Position numbers and translations under genes: made by a program. Below are positions 23,101 through 35,727 of a stretch of 64,000 nt of DNA, piece after piece (positions within the stretch are counted from its first letter, which is position 1; each line of letters opens with the position of its first letter). Under the pieces are notes generated by a model that ran no database searches, had not been told where the DNA came from, and was given only the letters and a program-made list of their open reading frames with translations. The stretch is from Orbicella franksi (taxonomy: Eukaryota), in NCBI GenBank assembly GCA_964199315.1, contig OZ116698.1, positions 11,222,001-11,286,000 on the forward strand, in the 5' to 3' direction.

Positions 23101-26100
23101 ACCCTTGAGTTCTATTTTGTCGCCCATCAACTCTAAGAAGTGCTCGAATTCTTCAGAGACGTTAACTGTAAAAAAGTTTAAAACATTAGTATGTGAGGGG
23201 TCTGAAGGGGTAAAATGGGAACTGGGAAATTGACTGTATTTTTACAGACAAAATGGTTCACTTGGAGTGGGAATCACAAACAAACAAAAAGGGAATGGGA
23301 AAAATGGGAAGTGTCCGCTGAATCCCGGCTCACACTACGACTACATATGAACTATCCGACTAAGATTGAGGTCCAGGTATGACTCAGGTTCCGTTGTTTT
23401 ATGAATTTTACTACACTGTCCTTACCATTACTGAACACTTCGTCGTCAGTAGTCTGTCCTTGTTTGGCGTAGAGGATTCCAAACTTGAAGTTAACAGATC
23501 CCTGCCAGGAGAAAACAACAACAAAACGTCACTCGCCAGAAACATGCGTTTAGTCGTCCAATATCGTTGAAATGCAACAGCATAATGCGCATTTTTATTA
23601 CCTCTTGTTCTTCCAACACAAGCAATTCCTGTAGGGAAAGAAACATAAAGTTATTATTATTATCAACATAGCAGTTAAAGCATCGTCAACTTCTGAATAA
23701 AATACATAAGCGGGTCATTGGACGCATGCATAGGGTACTGGATCCTAGCCATTTTCCCGCCTCTACGACCCGCTACCACTGGACGTGACTGGTCATCGAT
23801 GGGTACTTCACAGAAAATGTACAAGTTGACAGTCGTCGACACTTGACAGGTGAGTAAGCTAAGCTTAAATGTTTTGTGTAGATCTGTGTATCTGTCTAAC
23901 GGAAAACGTGTAAGTTGTATTAAAATAATCGAGCCGAATAAAGTTTAGCACACAATTTGCAACTCTCGTGTCGAATTTCAACCATCTGTATTTCTTTCCA
24001 GTTTTAGTTTCCTTGCGCAAGCTTCAATCGTACCTTTTGTATTTCTGGATTCAGCACTTCCCTGGGACCTTTATCAACCTTGTTTACACCATAGGCTCTA
24101 ACAATGACAAAACACATCAATAACATCATGGATAGGACACTTTAGAGACATATCATTTTCTAGAAAAGAACTGAAAGATTATTGTTACCTCGCTTGATTG
24201 ACAAAACACTCAAATTCTTACAATGCAAGATTTTGAGAGAGAAAAACTTTGAGAGAAAAAAATATCACAAAAATAATCACCAACTGTGATCCATATAAAC
24301 TTATAAGTTTAAGTATACTAAGTTTATCTGTTTGTTGTACGAATTAACTAACTGATGTCAGTTTTTCATCATGCGTCTGTCCTTTTGATCATGAATTTTG
24401 TCATAACATCTTCAAAGTAGCCGTGGATCCAGAAGACGATAGCCTTGTGGATCCACAGACTTTTCTCACCATAACAAAAAGGCAGAAGGGACAAAATTCA
24501 TGTGTCTGTCTGTTTATTGACAATGAAAATTAACCAGTGAGCGTGCAAGAATTTCTGAAGTTATTGTAAAAAATATGATAGTACTTACTGTAGCACTGAC
24601 TTTGGAGTAATAGGCTTGTTAGGTAGATATGGAATGCATAACTTTTGACCACCCTGAAATTTACAGAATTGCGTATTGTTTTCAAAACGTTCTGCACCCT
24701 TTTGCTATTGATGCAAGCTTTACAAAAATTACAGTGTAATCATATGCTAACTGCTCTTAACATACAAAGGCATATTAGATTATGGGGAAGTAGGGATGTA
24801 ATGGTGGGTGGTGAGAAGCACTGTGTGCAAATTTGGAAAGCTAATGTTTCAAGCATAAGCTCCTTGTTGAAGGACTAATCAGGACTGTGCTCTAGAAGCA
24901 CCCAGGTGCCAGAGGCAACTAACTTTTGCCTTTGGCTGACTGGAAAAACTAAGTTCTTCCACATAAGCTTAAGTGCTGGTTACCCAAGATTTCATGGTTC
25001 TAAAGAAACCTTTGGGCTCCTTGTAATGTTTTCTTAGACAAGAGGCTTGCTGATGCTCAAATGCCACGTGTCCAAATTTGTTGTAGTAAATTTTAACTTC
25101 AAGTTTGTATTAAGACTTGCATACCAATGCAGCACAACAGCTTTTTAGAAACTTGTCACTTCACTGATTATTAACCTACAAACAGAAAACAACTTACTGT
25201 TTTCCTCCAAAGAATGGCCCGATATTGTGGAACACCATAGTTTTCAGCATCCGTCAGACAAACAGATAGAACAAAAGGACTCTTGCTTCCATCAATACCA
25301 ACAAAATTTTGATGTACTGTGAGAGATTTAAGACCAAGGAGTCAACAAGTTGATCAAGATTACAAAAAATTTCAAAAATATTTCATTAATTTTGAAAGTC
25401 TTTAACTTGGTTTTCTGAAGTCCTGAGTGGGACATGAACTTCCTAACTGCAGAAAATCTTTCTAACTGCTTATTGTAAAGATACAATTACACATTGTGTA
25501 GACACACAGCTGGGCCTGGTGTTAATTTGTGGATTAATGTTAGGGTCAGGGTTAATAATCAACATACTCTTTTCACCTCAAAAGTATTCCATGGTTATTA
25601 GAACAAAAATTAAACAAAAAGGAGAACAGATTAAAACAGAATAGAGCAAAATGGTCACCTTTTCCAAGAAAATACTTGAAGTACCATCTAGTTTGGAACT
25701 CAGGATTTTCAAGATGAACTCCACTGCCTTGCCTCGTAACCATTCCATTCTAAACATGACAAAATGGAATAAAATAATCAGTTGAGAAAACTTTGCACCC
25801 ATACATAACCTATTGCCAAAGATCAGTGGTAAGGTAACTAAGCGATGTACAACTTATACCTAATTGTACCTTTTTGGTACACTTTGGCCGCATATCAGGC
25901 AAGTTTGGTCAAGCCATGGTTATTATTTACTATTCAGAACACAGTCCTAAGAAGATATGCGCACTGATTGGTTAAAAATGGTGTTTCTGTAACTCAATGG
26001 AAACACAGAACTAGCACGAGCTGTTGACATAATGATGGTGCGAGCAAAGAGAACTTACATTTTGATGATTAAAGTAAACAAGCTATTTTTCTTTTTCTCG

Positions 26101-26526
26101 TCATGGTGTTTTCTAAAAGAAATAGAAAACATGTTCTCCGTGTTTCTATTGAGTTTTAGTATAAATCTACTAGCGTTCTATCATGAATGGCATTCTCTGA
26201 TTGCCTACGCTACTCACTATCTGTTCTCTGATAGATAGTGGGTAGCGTAGCAGTGTGCTCTTGTTAACGAAATGACGGCTGCTTCTTGGCGTTTTTGAAG
26301 TGTCTGTGAAGAAGATTTAGATAAAGTGTTGAACGACTAGTAGATTTATACTAAAACAATTAGATTATTCACTCTTGATTTCTATGCATGATAGTTGACT
26401 TGAGCTGCGCCCTCGTCAACTACCACGCGATAGAAATCTCGAGCTCATAATCTAATTGTTTAATAGAAACACTCGTGAAAGTTTGGGATAACTCGAAAAA
26501 GCTGTGGAAACACTTGCCTGCGGCTC

Positions 26527-26557
<31 letters not shown>

Positions 26558-29500
26558 CTTCCGATCAGGTTTCTATAACTCGATAGAAACACAGCACATG
26601 TTTTCTATTTGTTAAATGGTTGCAACAAACTATCCACGGTGAGACCACACAAGCCTGATAATTGCCACAGAATCATACCATAAAAGGTACAATTAAGTAT
26701 TTACCATCGACAAATTTGGCCATGTCTCAATGATATGATAGCCAGTTTATCAGGTCACAGGATATCAGGACAATACACTTGGATTATGATTGGTTAATTA
26801 TGAATTAGGATGCATGCATCACATCAAATTTGTGAGAAGTTTTTATACATAGTTCCATCATCCCAGGTATAACAAGCATTATGGCATCAGCATAGGTCTT
26901 CTTCTGAATAATAAGCTTTGCTTTATGACATAATCGCCCAATTTTAGTCCCTCTACCTGCAGCATTGATGGTTGCACCCCAATTTCACCACTCTCCATCC
27001 TGAACCGCCCTGCATTTTCACCCAGCTCACTTCCAGTGTAATGTAAGCTGTTCAACTGCAAAAAAACAAAAACAAAACATTTGGTTTTGTCAATGATGAC
27101 AGGGTCTGGATACAGAAATTTGTATTTAATTTGTTTTATAAATAATCAAGATGAGACATGTAATGCAAAATATTCTGCTAAATCATAATTTTATAAATTG
27201 TTGGACGTGGTGGCTGTAACATGGAGGTTTTGGCCAAAGAGTAAAACCTCTAGCACAGTGACAAGATGTTAACCTTGCCAGAAAGAGGATTAAAATCTTT
27301 AATCAACTGATCAAAGAAAGTATTTTCCATGGAATATTTACTGGTAAATTAAATTCTTAAACATCCAGCTGACTAATCAGTTAAACATTTTATACAACAT
27401 TATATATGTTACATGGACCTGTTAAATGATTGAACATTGTCAATAAGAGATTTAAAGGAGCTCAGTCACGGTATTTTGAGTTATTTTGGCCCCATACAAA
27501 ATTACCTTTAAATGGTCGGAAACCTGAAAATAACAGTTTAATAAGATAGAAAAACACCAACGAGATAATGAAAAACCATAAGGAAACAAGGATGGCTAAG
27601 GATGGAGAAAATTAACTCGGACAAACGACGAATTTAAAAAATTGAGGCTAAACTTTTCAATATGTGCAAACCGTGACGTAGCTCCTTTAAACTGCCAATG
27701 CCGAGGCATTGGGAATTAACCCACAAATTATTTTTGTGTCCTTATACTTACAGCCTCAAGAGAGCCATAATAGTGTTTTCGGCTCAAGCCTGATCTTCGA
27801 CCAATATCAGGAGAAGGAGCACTGTAAAGAAGAGAGTAAGTTGTACTTGGTCAGTTGGTAATTCAGCTTTGGTCTTGGGTGTTCTTGAAGTTACCATACA
27901 TTACTTTCTAAATAAGTTGTGAGTATTGTTTTACTCTTGCAACCCACTAATTTGCTAGACAGACTGTATTCACATTGTAAGGAAAACTATAATTACAATA
28001 CAATAGCTTTATTAAGGACTCCTGATAGGTTATTTATTTACAAATTATACTCCATAAATCAAAACATTAGAAAATTGCTGACAAACTCTCTAACAGCTTA
28101 CATAATAATATTGTCTATTGATTAATGTGTAAGCCCTGGCGACATTCCTGTCCCTAATATAACATGTAGTTGATCAATCAATCAATCAATCTATCAGTTG
28201 GTTGGTCAGTCAATTGGTCAGTCGATCAGTCAGTTAGGCCGTCAGCCAGTTAAACCTGCCATAGATGCACAAAATGCCTCTGAAAATATACCTCACAATT
28301 TATAAGAAGGCTATGGTTTGATATTCCAAACATTCATATGTTACATTACTTGCAAAAAATTTTGACATAAAAATTTCAGACATTTAATCTTCAGACAGTT
28401 TTAATTAATCTCATGGAGGACAAATTTCAGACAACAATTTGAGACACTTTGCTGAAACATAACTCAAGAAAATTTATGCCTACAAAACTCAAATTAGACT
28501 GAAACAACATCAAAAGATGGTAGTTTCACTGAGCCCTCAAGATTTTAAGAATACACTGACGAGAAAAAAATACAAATTTTATCATGCCAAGCAGTGTCTC
28601 AACAAGAGTTTGCTCCATAAATGCCAGAATAAAGGAAACTAAGAGCTTTGGAGCTACTTCAAAGTTTTATACTGTGCTGTATATATTTCAGATGTTTTGC
28701 AAGTATGTATGCCCTGTGGTAAGCTGATATAGAAGAATTTGCAATAATTTATTGAGAAATTGGTGAATGCAGGAGGTTGTTTGGTTGCATGCTTTTATTG
28801 TTCAGGGGTTATTAGAAATCCTTATCAAAAATAAAGCACAAAGTTGCAGTAATGTGCTTAGTAAAAGGCTTACTGCAGTGAAAGTCTATTTAAAAAGATT
28901 ATCTCTTTCAGTTCTGCCATAGTTAATAGAGAGGAATGGTTATGAAGCCTGATAAACATCAAAAGAGCAAACAAAGATGCCAAGATTTATGTTGGAAGGT
29001 CTATGTCTGTGCACAATCTTGTTTTTTTGCGCTCATACACTATGCATGAATTACGTAATAAACATGTTTCTATTGGTTAGTTCCTCGGTCAGTAGTAAAC
29101 AACTATTGTGTTTTGTGCATGGTCAAGGCCAAAAAAGAGAACAAAGACATAAGAGAAATTTGACCGGTTTCATAACCAGTTCCCCTCTATTAACTATGGT
29201 TCTGCTCTACTAGTAAACTTTGAGGTTAAGATTGTAACAAGGTTAAAGAAATAAATTATTTTATTTGAAATATAAAATTTGTATACTATACGAAGAAAAC
29301 CAGAGCAATGACTTAAATATTTAAATAGTTTCCTTAATACACATTGAAAAATATTCATGCAGCACTATTTTGTCATTGATACATACCAGTAACAATTTAC
29401 ATTAGTTAAAACAGATCATTTTCCAACTCACAACATTCTACGGGTGCTTCTATTTGTGTCATCAAACACTGAACTGGCAAATTTATCACATACAAACTTT

Positions 29501-30945
29501 TTCTGGTTACAAAATCAGTTATAATATCAATACTTTGATGTGCATCATACAATCTTAGACTTTATTAAAAGCAGCCTTATTAATAATTAAAAGCTGCCTT
29601 TTATGGCTCAGTGATCCAATATCCTTATCTCTCTTTTAAGGCAAGTTGTTTTGTATTGTGCCTTCTAAACCTAAATCATCCAGACCAGACTTTATCTTTT
29701 TACAATAATTTTGATCTTTAAAATGTTTTTTTTTTATCTGTACAACAAATTTGCATCTAAGTTGATGACAAATCTCAGATTACAGAACATTCCACTAGAA
29801 ATTGACAGCATGTATGAACAAATATAAATACTTTGTTCCTGTTCAAAAAAGATTGAGTTTAATACTTCTTGTTTTATTCAAATTCCTTTGTTTAACGTGC
29901 TGCATAGCAAGTTGATGATGGGAACTTGGGTGCTACAATATTGTTTAAAAGTCGAAATGCAGCAATGAAGGGGTTTCTGCAAAACATCAATATAATTCCT
30001 TAATGTATTGACAGCCAGTTTCAACCAATTTCATGGTTCTTAAACACTTGACACTGATACCCTCAAAACAGCAGTGATAACGTCAGGAGAATAGTCGCAC
30101 TACTTTCAGCAAGAAAAAGAATCCCACCACAGCTTTACGTTAGCCTCAATAGATACCGCATATAACTTGCAAAACTCTGCAGGTTTTATAAATATTCTCA
30201 AACTGCACCTGTTCTTTAACATATAAATTGGTTACTTAAAAGGTGACATGCAAATTCTGCGAACAATTTTGTCCGCTATTTTCTTGATGTTTTGAGGTTT
30301 TAAAAAAACCGTTTCTATGTAAAGTAAATACTTCATGTTACTGCGCCTTTATTTATTCTACATGAGATCTTTACCTTAAAAGGCTTAAAAGAAACCTTCA
30401 ATTTAACACTTTAGGCACTGACGTATTCGCGCTAAAATGTGGTGAGGTAACTCGTAACGAAATTTATTCTTTTCACTGATGGCGAGTGTGTTTTCGCATA
30501 TTTATTTTATATTCCGAAGAAAATTGCAAATTGAATTAGAAGCGAAGAAAATGTAGCAAATATCGAATAAACCACTACAAATCATCCAAATAAGATGTAA
30601 GCCTTGAATAAAATGATTAAAACTCTAATCTTTTATATAAACTGACGCGTAAAATAATCACAAATGTTAAAATTTTGTGAATATTAACAACGAATCTAAA
30701 ATCTAACGCTTTGCAAACTCGGCTAATAAAAACAGCATGTTAGTTTGTTTTGATCGCTTGAAGCTGCGTGGGCTAAACATTTTCTTAGAGAAACGGCCAA
30801 AAAATAAATTTTGGGGGATAAAAGAAATATAAATGATTAGACGGCAGAAACTGAAACCTGCCGCAGGAAACAAAACAAAATATAAATGGTATTCAGCACT
30901 TATTTACCTGTAGGTGAAAGTAGAAGCCCTTATCCTCGTGACCAT
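14150..30945 (-). CDS. GARNL3: GTPase-activating Rap/Ran-GAP domain-like protein 3 (RapGAP + CNH), 26 coding exons, 910 aa
   Basis: Exons on minus: 30945-30908, 27821-27752, 27055-26957, 25749-25659, 25316-25198, 24653-24589, 24097-24034, 23628-23602, 23501-23426, 23165-23067, 22548-22445, 21954-21846, 21427-21382, 21284-21178, 21002-20896, 20698-20594, 19793-19716, 19601-19538, 18835-18788, 18354-18142, 17416-17253, 16650-16501, 16096-16027, 15579-15499, 15193-15075, 14569-14150. All introns are GT-AG and phase-compatible; total 2733 nt. Diagnostic peptides: [64 protein letters not shown] (catalytic Asn), [37 protein letters not shown]. Confidence 0.92.
19001..19277. mobile_element. ~280-bp MITE, copy 1 (GARNL3 intron)
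   Basis: TIR CCATAGTTAATAGAGGGGA / TTCCCCTCTATTGCCTATG. Flanks GTCAG / GTAAG look like a decayed 5-bp TSD. Homologous along its length to 28917-29199. Confidence 0.75.
21642..21815. mobile_element. MITE (AATAGGCCATTTCCGAGTT-type TIR)
   Basis: Ends AATAAGCCATCTCCGAGTT...GCCTCTGT / ACAGAGGC...AACTCAGAAATGGTCCATT are inverted repeats. Confidence 0.6.
22092..22360 (-). mobile_element. tRNA-derived SINE, 5'-truncated copy
   Basis: The reverse complement contains GGGTTCGAGCCC (B box) and TTGTGTTCTTGGGCAAGACACTT...CTCCACCCAGG, shared with the copy at 50206-50495. Confidence 0.75.
24350..24570. mobile_element. Palindromic interspersed repeat (degenerate)
   Basis: Arms ATGAATTTTGTC / GACAAAATTCAT and GTGGATCC / GGATCCAC around the apex AGAAGACGATAGCCTT. 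Confidence 0.55.
26120..26611. mobile_element. Nested palindromic repeats: an inner element (~26155-26462) inserted in the left arm of an outer palindrome
   Basis: Outer arms AATAGAAAACATGT...GTTTCTATTGAGTT / AACTCGATAGAAAC...ACATGTTTTCTATT. The inner element has a 20-bp inverted pair TTTTAGTATAAATCTACTAG / CTAGTAGATTTATACTAAAA and hairpin AACAATTAGATTAT...ATAATCTAATTGTT. Confidence 0.7.
27456..27686. mobile_element. Kolobok-like non-autonomous DNA transposon (TTAA TSD, AG...CT termini)
   Basis: TTAA|AGGAGCTCAGTCACGG ... CCGTGACGTAGCTCCT|TTAA. Confidence 0.75.
28170..28235. repeat. (ATCA)n / (GTCA)n simple repeat
   Basis: ATCAATCAATCAATCAATCTATCAGTTGGTTGGTCAGTCAATTGGTCAGTCGATCAGTCAG. Confidence 0.7.
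28917..29199. mobile_element. ~280-bp MITE, copy 2, with 5-bp TSD (GARNL3 intron 1)
   Basis: TIR CCATAGTTAATAGAGAGGAATGGTTATGAA / TTCATAACCAGTTCCCCTCTATTAACTATGG. TTCTG at 28912-28916 and 29200-29204. Confidence 0.8.
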
Positions 30946-33504
30946 ATTAAACTGAAGAGATTAGTCCACTAAGGTTCAATACCACACATCAAAACAGGAA
31001 GGGGTGACATCAGGCGAAGGATTCTTTAATTTGACGGTGTAGGACGAACGAAGTGAGCCCCTAACGCATTGGACACGTCGCTTCTGCAATGGTTGGAAGA
31101 AACACTGCCTCACCACAGAAATCCTTTTATGCCCTTATTCGCGCGGATTTCAAAACGTTCACTTAAAAACGTTCCCTTTTTTTCGCGAAACGTATTGGAC
31201 CGGATCCGTGTACGCGATTATCGCGTTATTAGAAGCATTGTCCCGTACCTAGATTGAAACTGTTTAGTAGAACCTGTACCGAATATGAGTTCAAAGTTCT
31301 TGCATGTAGCTGTTACTGTAGGTTGCTGTAATGTGATGCGTTCAGGTGACAAACCTGGCACTTCACGTAGCGCCGGTGACGAATATTAGACAAGTACTGC
31401 TGTAGTCTGATGATATTAAATGGCGGAAGTATAAGACGGCTCGAAATGGTCTTACGTAGCTAGCTTTACGAACTGCACATCAGTAAACAGAAAGCTAGTT
31501 CTAACAGCTTTCTTGATCCAGATACGTAGACAAACAGACTTTTCGCGTAATATTGTTACCGAATGACGCGAGTGGTTATCACGCCAGACCAGCAACGTTA
31601 CTAATTTTGGATAGGCTTTCCGTGACTTTATATACTGACGCACAAATTGTCAACAATCAGCCGAAAAAGGCAGTTATTAGATTTAATGAAATTCAGCTCG
31701 GTCTCTTTCAAAGTTTCCGTATCGTGAATAACACTGTTATATGCCGGGAAAACGCTTTCGTTATATACTGATTCAACGCATGGTGAGCAAAGTATCGAAA
31801 AGTAAGTTCTTCATAAACTGCAAAAGGCAGAGCGGAGGCAGTTCAATTCAATTAACAAAGACCAACACCGCACTTGAAGATGAGCACAAATCTCGTATAA
31901 GTTTAGGTCAGCAATGCTTCTTCCAAGACGCACTGAATGTAAACAAATCTTTCCACCATAGAAAAATGCCTCGGCCTGAGCGAATTGTTAACGCGAAAAG
32001 CTGAGATCTTTCACTGATTCAGGTTTGACGCACGCAAAGATGAATAGCAAATGACATGCGGTCTCCGTTCGTTTAAATAGCTGTATTACAAATGATGGAA
32101 TTGCTTGGTGACACGGCAGTGATAGAAAGGGTTTTGTTACTGCAATTAATTTCTGTATACTTAATGACACACAAAACGCTGTTTCGTGATGTCTGTTTCT
32201 CGACTAATATCCATAAGCAAGAGAGAGGGTGTTTAACAGGGCATTTACAATGCCTTGTCATTCCTATTAGGTGATTTTTTTTTTTCTGTGACATCAACTT
32301 TTTTTTTCTATTCCGTCAGTTGTTTAGTTTGTAAATCGAATAGACCTTCCTTAACAGCTTCTCAGCAATTCCACACGAGAGTAAAGTCTATTGTTGACGA
32401 AACAATAAAACGTAAACAAAGCATTCAATGACGTCCGCTCCGGTAAATGATCTTTACTTGCGAAAGGATGAATACCTTTTGTGAGTTCTGTTTATGTTTT
32501 GTGTTGATACTGCCCGGTAATAATCAAGTCCTCGTCATTTCTGTTTATCGTCAAATCGCTCGCATATTGCATTAGATTGCTAAATTGTTTGTTTCTTTTC
32601 TTTGACAAGTTTTTTCAACTCAACTCAACTTCTCTATTGCTCAGCGTTTAAGCTGGTTTAAAGCAGTTTGCGCGGGTTTCTGTTGAAACAAAACAAGAGA
32701 AACCATCCAAACAGAAACAGCTTTCCATCTCTCTGAAGGCAAACTCAATTTCTAGTATAGCTTCATAATTATTCATCACTTAACAAATAATCATGATAAT
32801 ACGGAATTCGAAAGTGACACACTGTGGCTGTCTTACAACGTGAGAGCAAGAGCTGGCGTCTGTTGGCAATATCATAGAAAAATGTTACCAAAAAATTACC
32901 TGCCATAAAAGTACGCAAAAGACCGTAGTGTGATTAATAATGCGGTTAGGAATAAAATTAGCGTGTGGTTACAAAATCAAAGATAAGAAATTGAGCTCAT
33001 TTCATAAGCAGACGATGATTCAGCAATAAACTGACTTTGACGTGCAAGATAGCACGGTTCTTTACAAAGTACACTATTATCGTGACGCAGAAATTATCAT
33101 AAAAGGCAAACGTGCACCAGAACAAATGTAAGGAAGAGAAAAAAAAATCAGCATTATCAACCGTCCTTGCTTATGCCGTGGAACACGTAAGACAGAAAAA
33201 AAGTTAAACTAAAAAAATGTAATTAAGGCTATAGCTATGTTCACAGTTGCCCGTCGTAGTCAATCCCTGTTAAAAGACTCTTAAAATTGTGAAGGTGTTT
33301 AATTTTAAAATTACGCTCGATACTTAATAAATATACAATTTTGTATTTTCCTATGACGAGGCTCTTCTTTTCCAGATCAAAACGAGGGTGAAGAAATTGA
33401 AAACAGTCGCACGTTTCTCACAAGTTAAGTTTGGTCCTAATCGAAAGTTACTCTTTCGTAAGTTGTTCTCCATCATGTCCATATTCAAATTTCACTAACG
33501 AGCA

Positions 33505-33670
33505 GTTATATATAGAAGATATTACACGGCAGCACGCAAAGATATGAATTTTATTTTCGAGTTGTAAAAACAGCAATTTACGAACGAGCCCAGCGAGTGA
33601 GTAAAAAATAGTTTTCAACTCGAGAAAATGAATTTCATACCATCAAACCACCGTGTAATTTCCTATTTAT
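33505..33670. mobile_element. Palindromic interspersed repeat
   Basis: Arms ATTACACGG / CCGTGTAAT and TTTTATTTTCGAGTTG / CAACTCGAGAAAATGAA around the apex ACGAACGAGCCCAGCGAGTGAGT. Confidence 0.6.
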
Positions 33671-35542
33671 TCATTATGTAGACTTGTCTTCGCTGACTGT
33701 TTGCACAAGCGAGAAATGGAAAACCTCGTTCCCAAGTCTATATTACTCATTAAATGTCAATGTCAGTGGTTAGAAGCTGTTTCTTTGCTAGCTGTTACTC
33801 CTCGTGATGTCTAGGCAGGTTAACTAACTGTTCCATTTCATTTTTCTCAGTCTAGGTTCCAGACCCGCTAATATTTACGATATAAATGGTTCAAAAATTT
33901 GCAATTATCACTTTTGAAAATTTATGTTGACTAGCATACGAAAACTTAAGTTCTCTACTAAAATGTGTTGAAATACATAACAATGTTTATCACCGCTGTT
34001 GTGTAAGAACAGATTTGTGTCCAATAGAATCGCCTTTAATTCATATTTCTAAGCTTTCATCCCATATTGAGATATATTCCAAGTTTACTTCCGTTTAGAA
34101 GACTACAACTAATCAGACATTTGTACTTGTATATCAACTTGCGGTTTAAAACTGACATCATGTGACTCAGGGCTTGCCGCTTGCGTGACTTTCTAAAGCG
34201 GCCTAATAAGAACTTCCGGTTGTACTCAGGAGAACAAGATTGAAAAGAAGTCCACAAAGACCGGTCAACGTTTCATTCCATTTTTTTTCTCTTTAATATT
34301 GCGAATTTTACTGACGGAACGGGAGCTCGTCAATAAGCTGTGTATTTGTTTGAAACAAATACTGAAGTACGATATCACAGATCACATCCTTGATCATGTT
34401 GATCGAGAATGATCGGCGAACGTGCGTGGAGTTTTAACGTGATATCTTTTGCGGACGAAATAATCATTTGAATTACAATAAACCGTTCAGAGGTTCAAAT
34501 GTAGACGTTAATTCGATTTCGATCAATTTTGATTCGTTGATCTTGAGGTCGTTTGATTTTATCTCTAGGATGGTATGAATTTCACACTGTTAATAGAGAA
34601 TATGAAATTTTTAATTGCACGATCGCCGCCCTGAAAACTACGTAGTTTTCTGTCGAGTTGTCCGATTAGGTTGACAGGTCACATACATTAGCTCTCAAAA
34701 ATCGACGTAGATTTTGTCATTTATCTACCAGCTAGTAAATGACAGATATGGTTGAGACTTGCGTGGTTTACTAGACCAACAAAATACCAGTAATTCGCGA
34801 CGTGAAAAATTTTCGGGCGGAGACAAGAGGTACTTGACGACAACGTAAATTTCAAGATGTAAATTTCACTTCGTGGTTAAAATATTACGATTTGTGTTTA
34901 TCGTTGTCAATAGATTTTTGTTTCGACTCTGAAAATTATGCGTACAATAGGCATCCATGTTTGGTTTCTATCAAACAAAGCCAGTGAACTTCTTTTGATA
35001 GAAACGAAGCTAATGGTTGCATTGTTCGATTTGATTATTATTTACATATTACCAGCAGACGGAAAAATTGCTCAATTTCTGCTAAATCACAGCCAAGACC
35101 AAAATGATCCGAACGTATTATTTCAGGAACTTGATAACACAAACATTTCTCAAATGGTCGTTCTCGTTACGAAGTAAATCACCTCAAAACGTCAACAAGC
35201 CGTCATTCTTGACTCTTACCTAACCACATAATGATAACAACAATATGATTGTGCGAGGCGACAACAAACGAAAGACGATTGTTCTCGACACAAATGTAAA
35301 TTGTTGAATCTGACGAACACCAAACTAACAGGCAAACAATATCCAACAGTCTCAACGTACTAAATACCCAACATAATAGATTAAACTTGTATCAGTGTAC
35401 GTTACTGCAACCGATAATACATGCAAATCTTAATATTGCTGGGAAAAAAACAGAAGACTACAGACGCTCAATATAGAATAGAACCGGACTTCATGATGGT
35501 TAATTAAACTACAATTGCTAAATCTATGTTTTGGCGACTCAC

Positions 35543-35727
35543 CGGTTAGGTGTTTGGTTGAGTTGATCAGTTCCCTCAGATAACTGCAGGGTTCCCGGTG
35601 GACTCGAGTATCGTTTAAACTGAAGCGTTGGTCGAGCAAGATACCTCCCTGGAGTTCTAGACTCTCCTACAACAAGACTACTCGGTCTTTCAGGAGCGAA
35701 CGTTTGTCGCTTTTTTGATCGATCCAT
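35543..35727 (-). CDS. GARNL3: Candidate alternative first coding exon of GARNL3 (61 codons + 2 nt)
   Basis: ATG at 35727 opens MDRSKKRQTFAPERPSSLVVGESRTPGRYLARPTLQFKRYSSPPGTLQLSEGTDQLNQTPN and ends at a consensus donor CG|GTGAGT in phase 2, matching the phase-2 acceptor of exon 27821-27752. Confidence 0.55.

Noticed and set aside
31418-31430. AAATGGCGGAAGT (YY1/ETS-like) as the start of a divergent gene
   Set aside because: The ATG is followed by a stop after four codons. It may be part of a GARNL3 promoter, but the direction and TSS cannot be determined from sequence.
32430-33410. Possible plus-strand spliced mini-gene (donor TT|GTGAGT near 32480, acceptor ttttccag near 33375, giving MNTF-YQNEGEEIENSRTFLT)
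   Set aside because: I could not find a continuing exon that keeps a long frame. Such splice-like matches are expected by chance.
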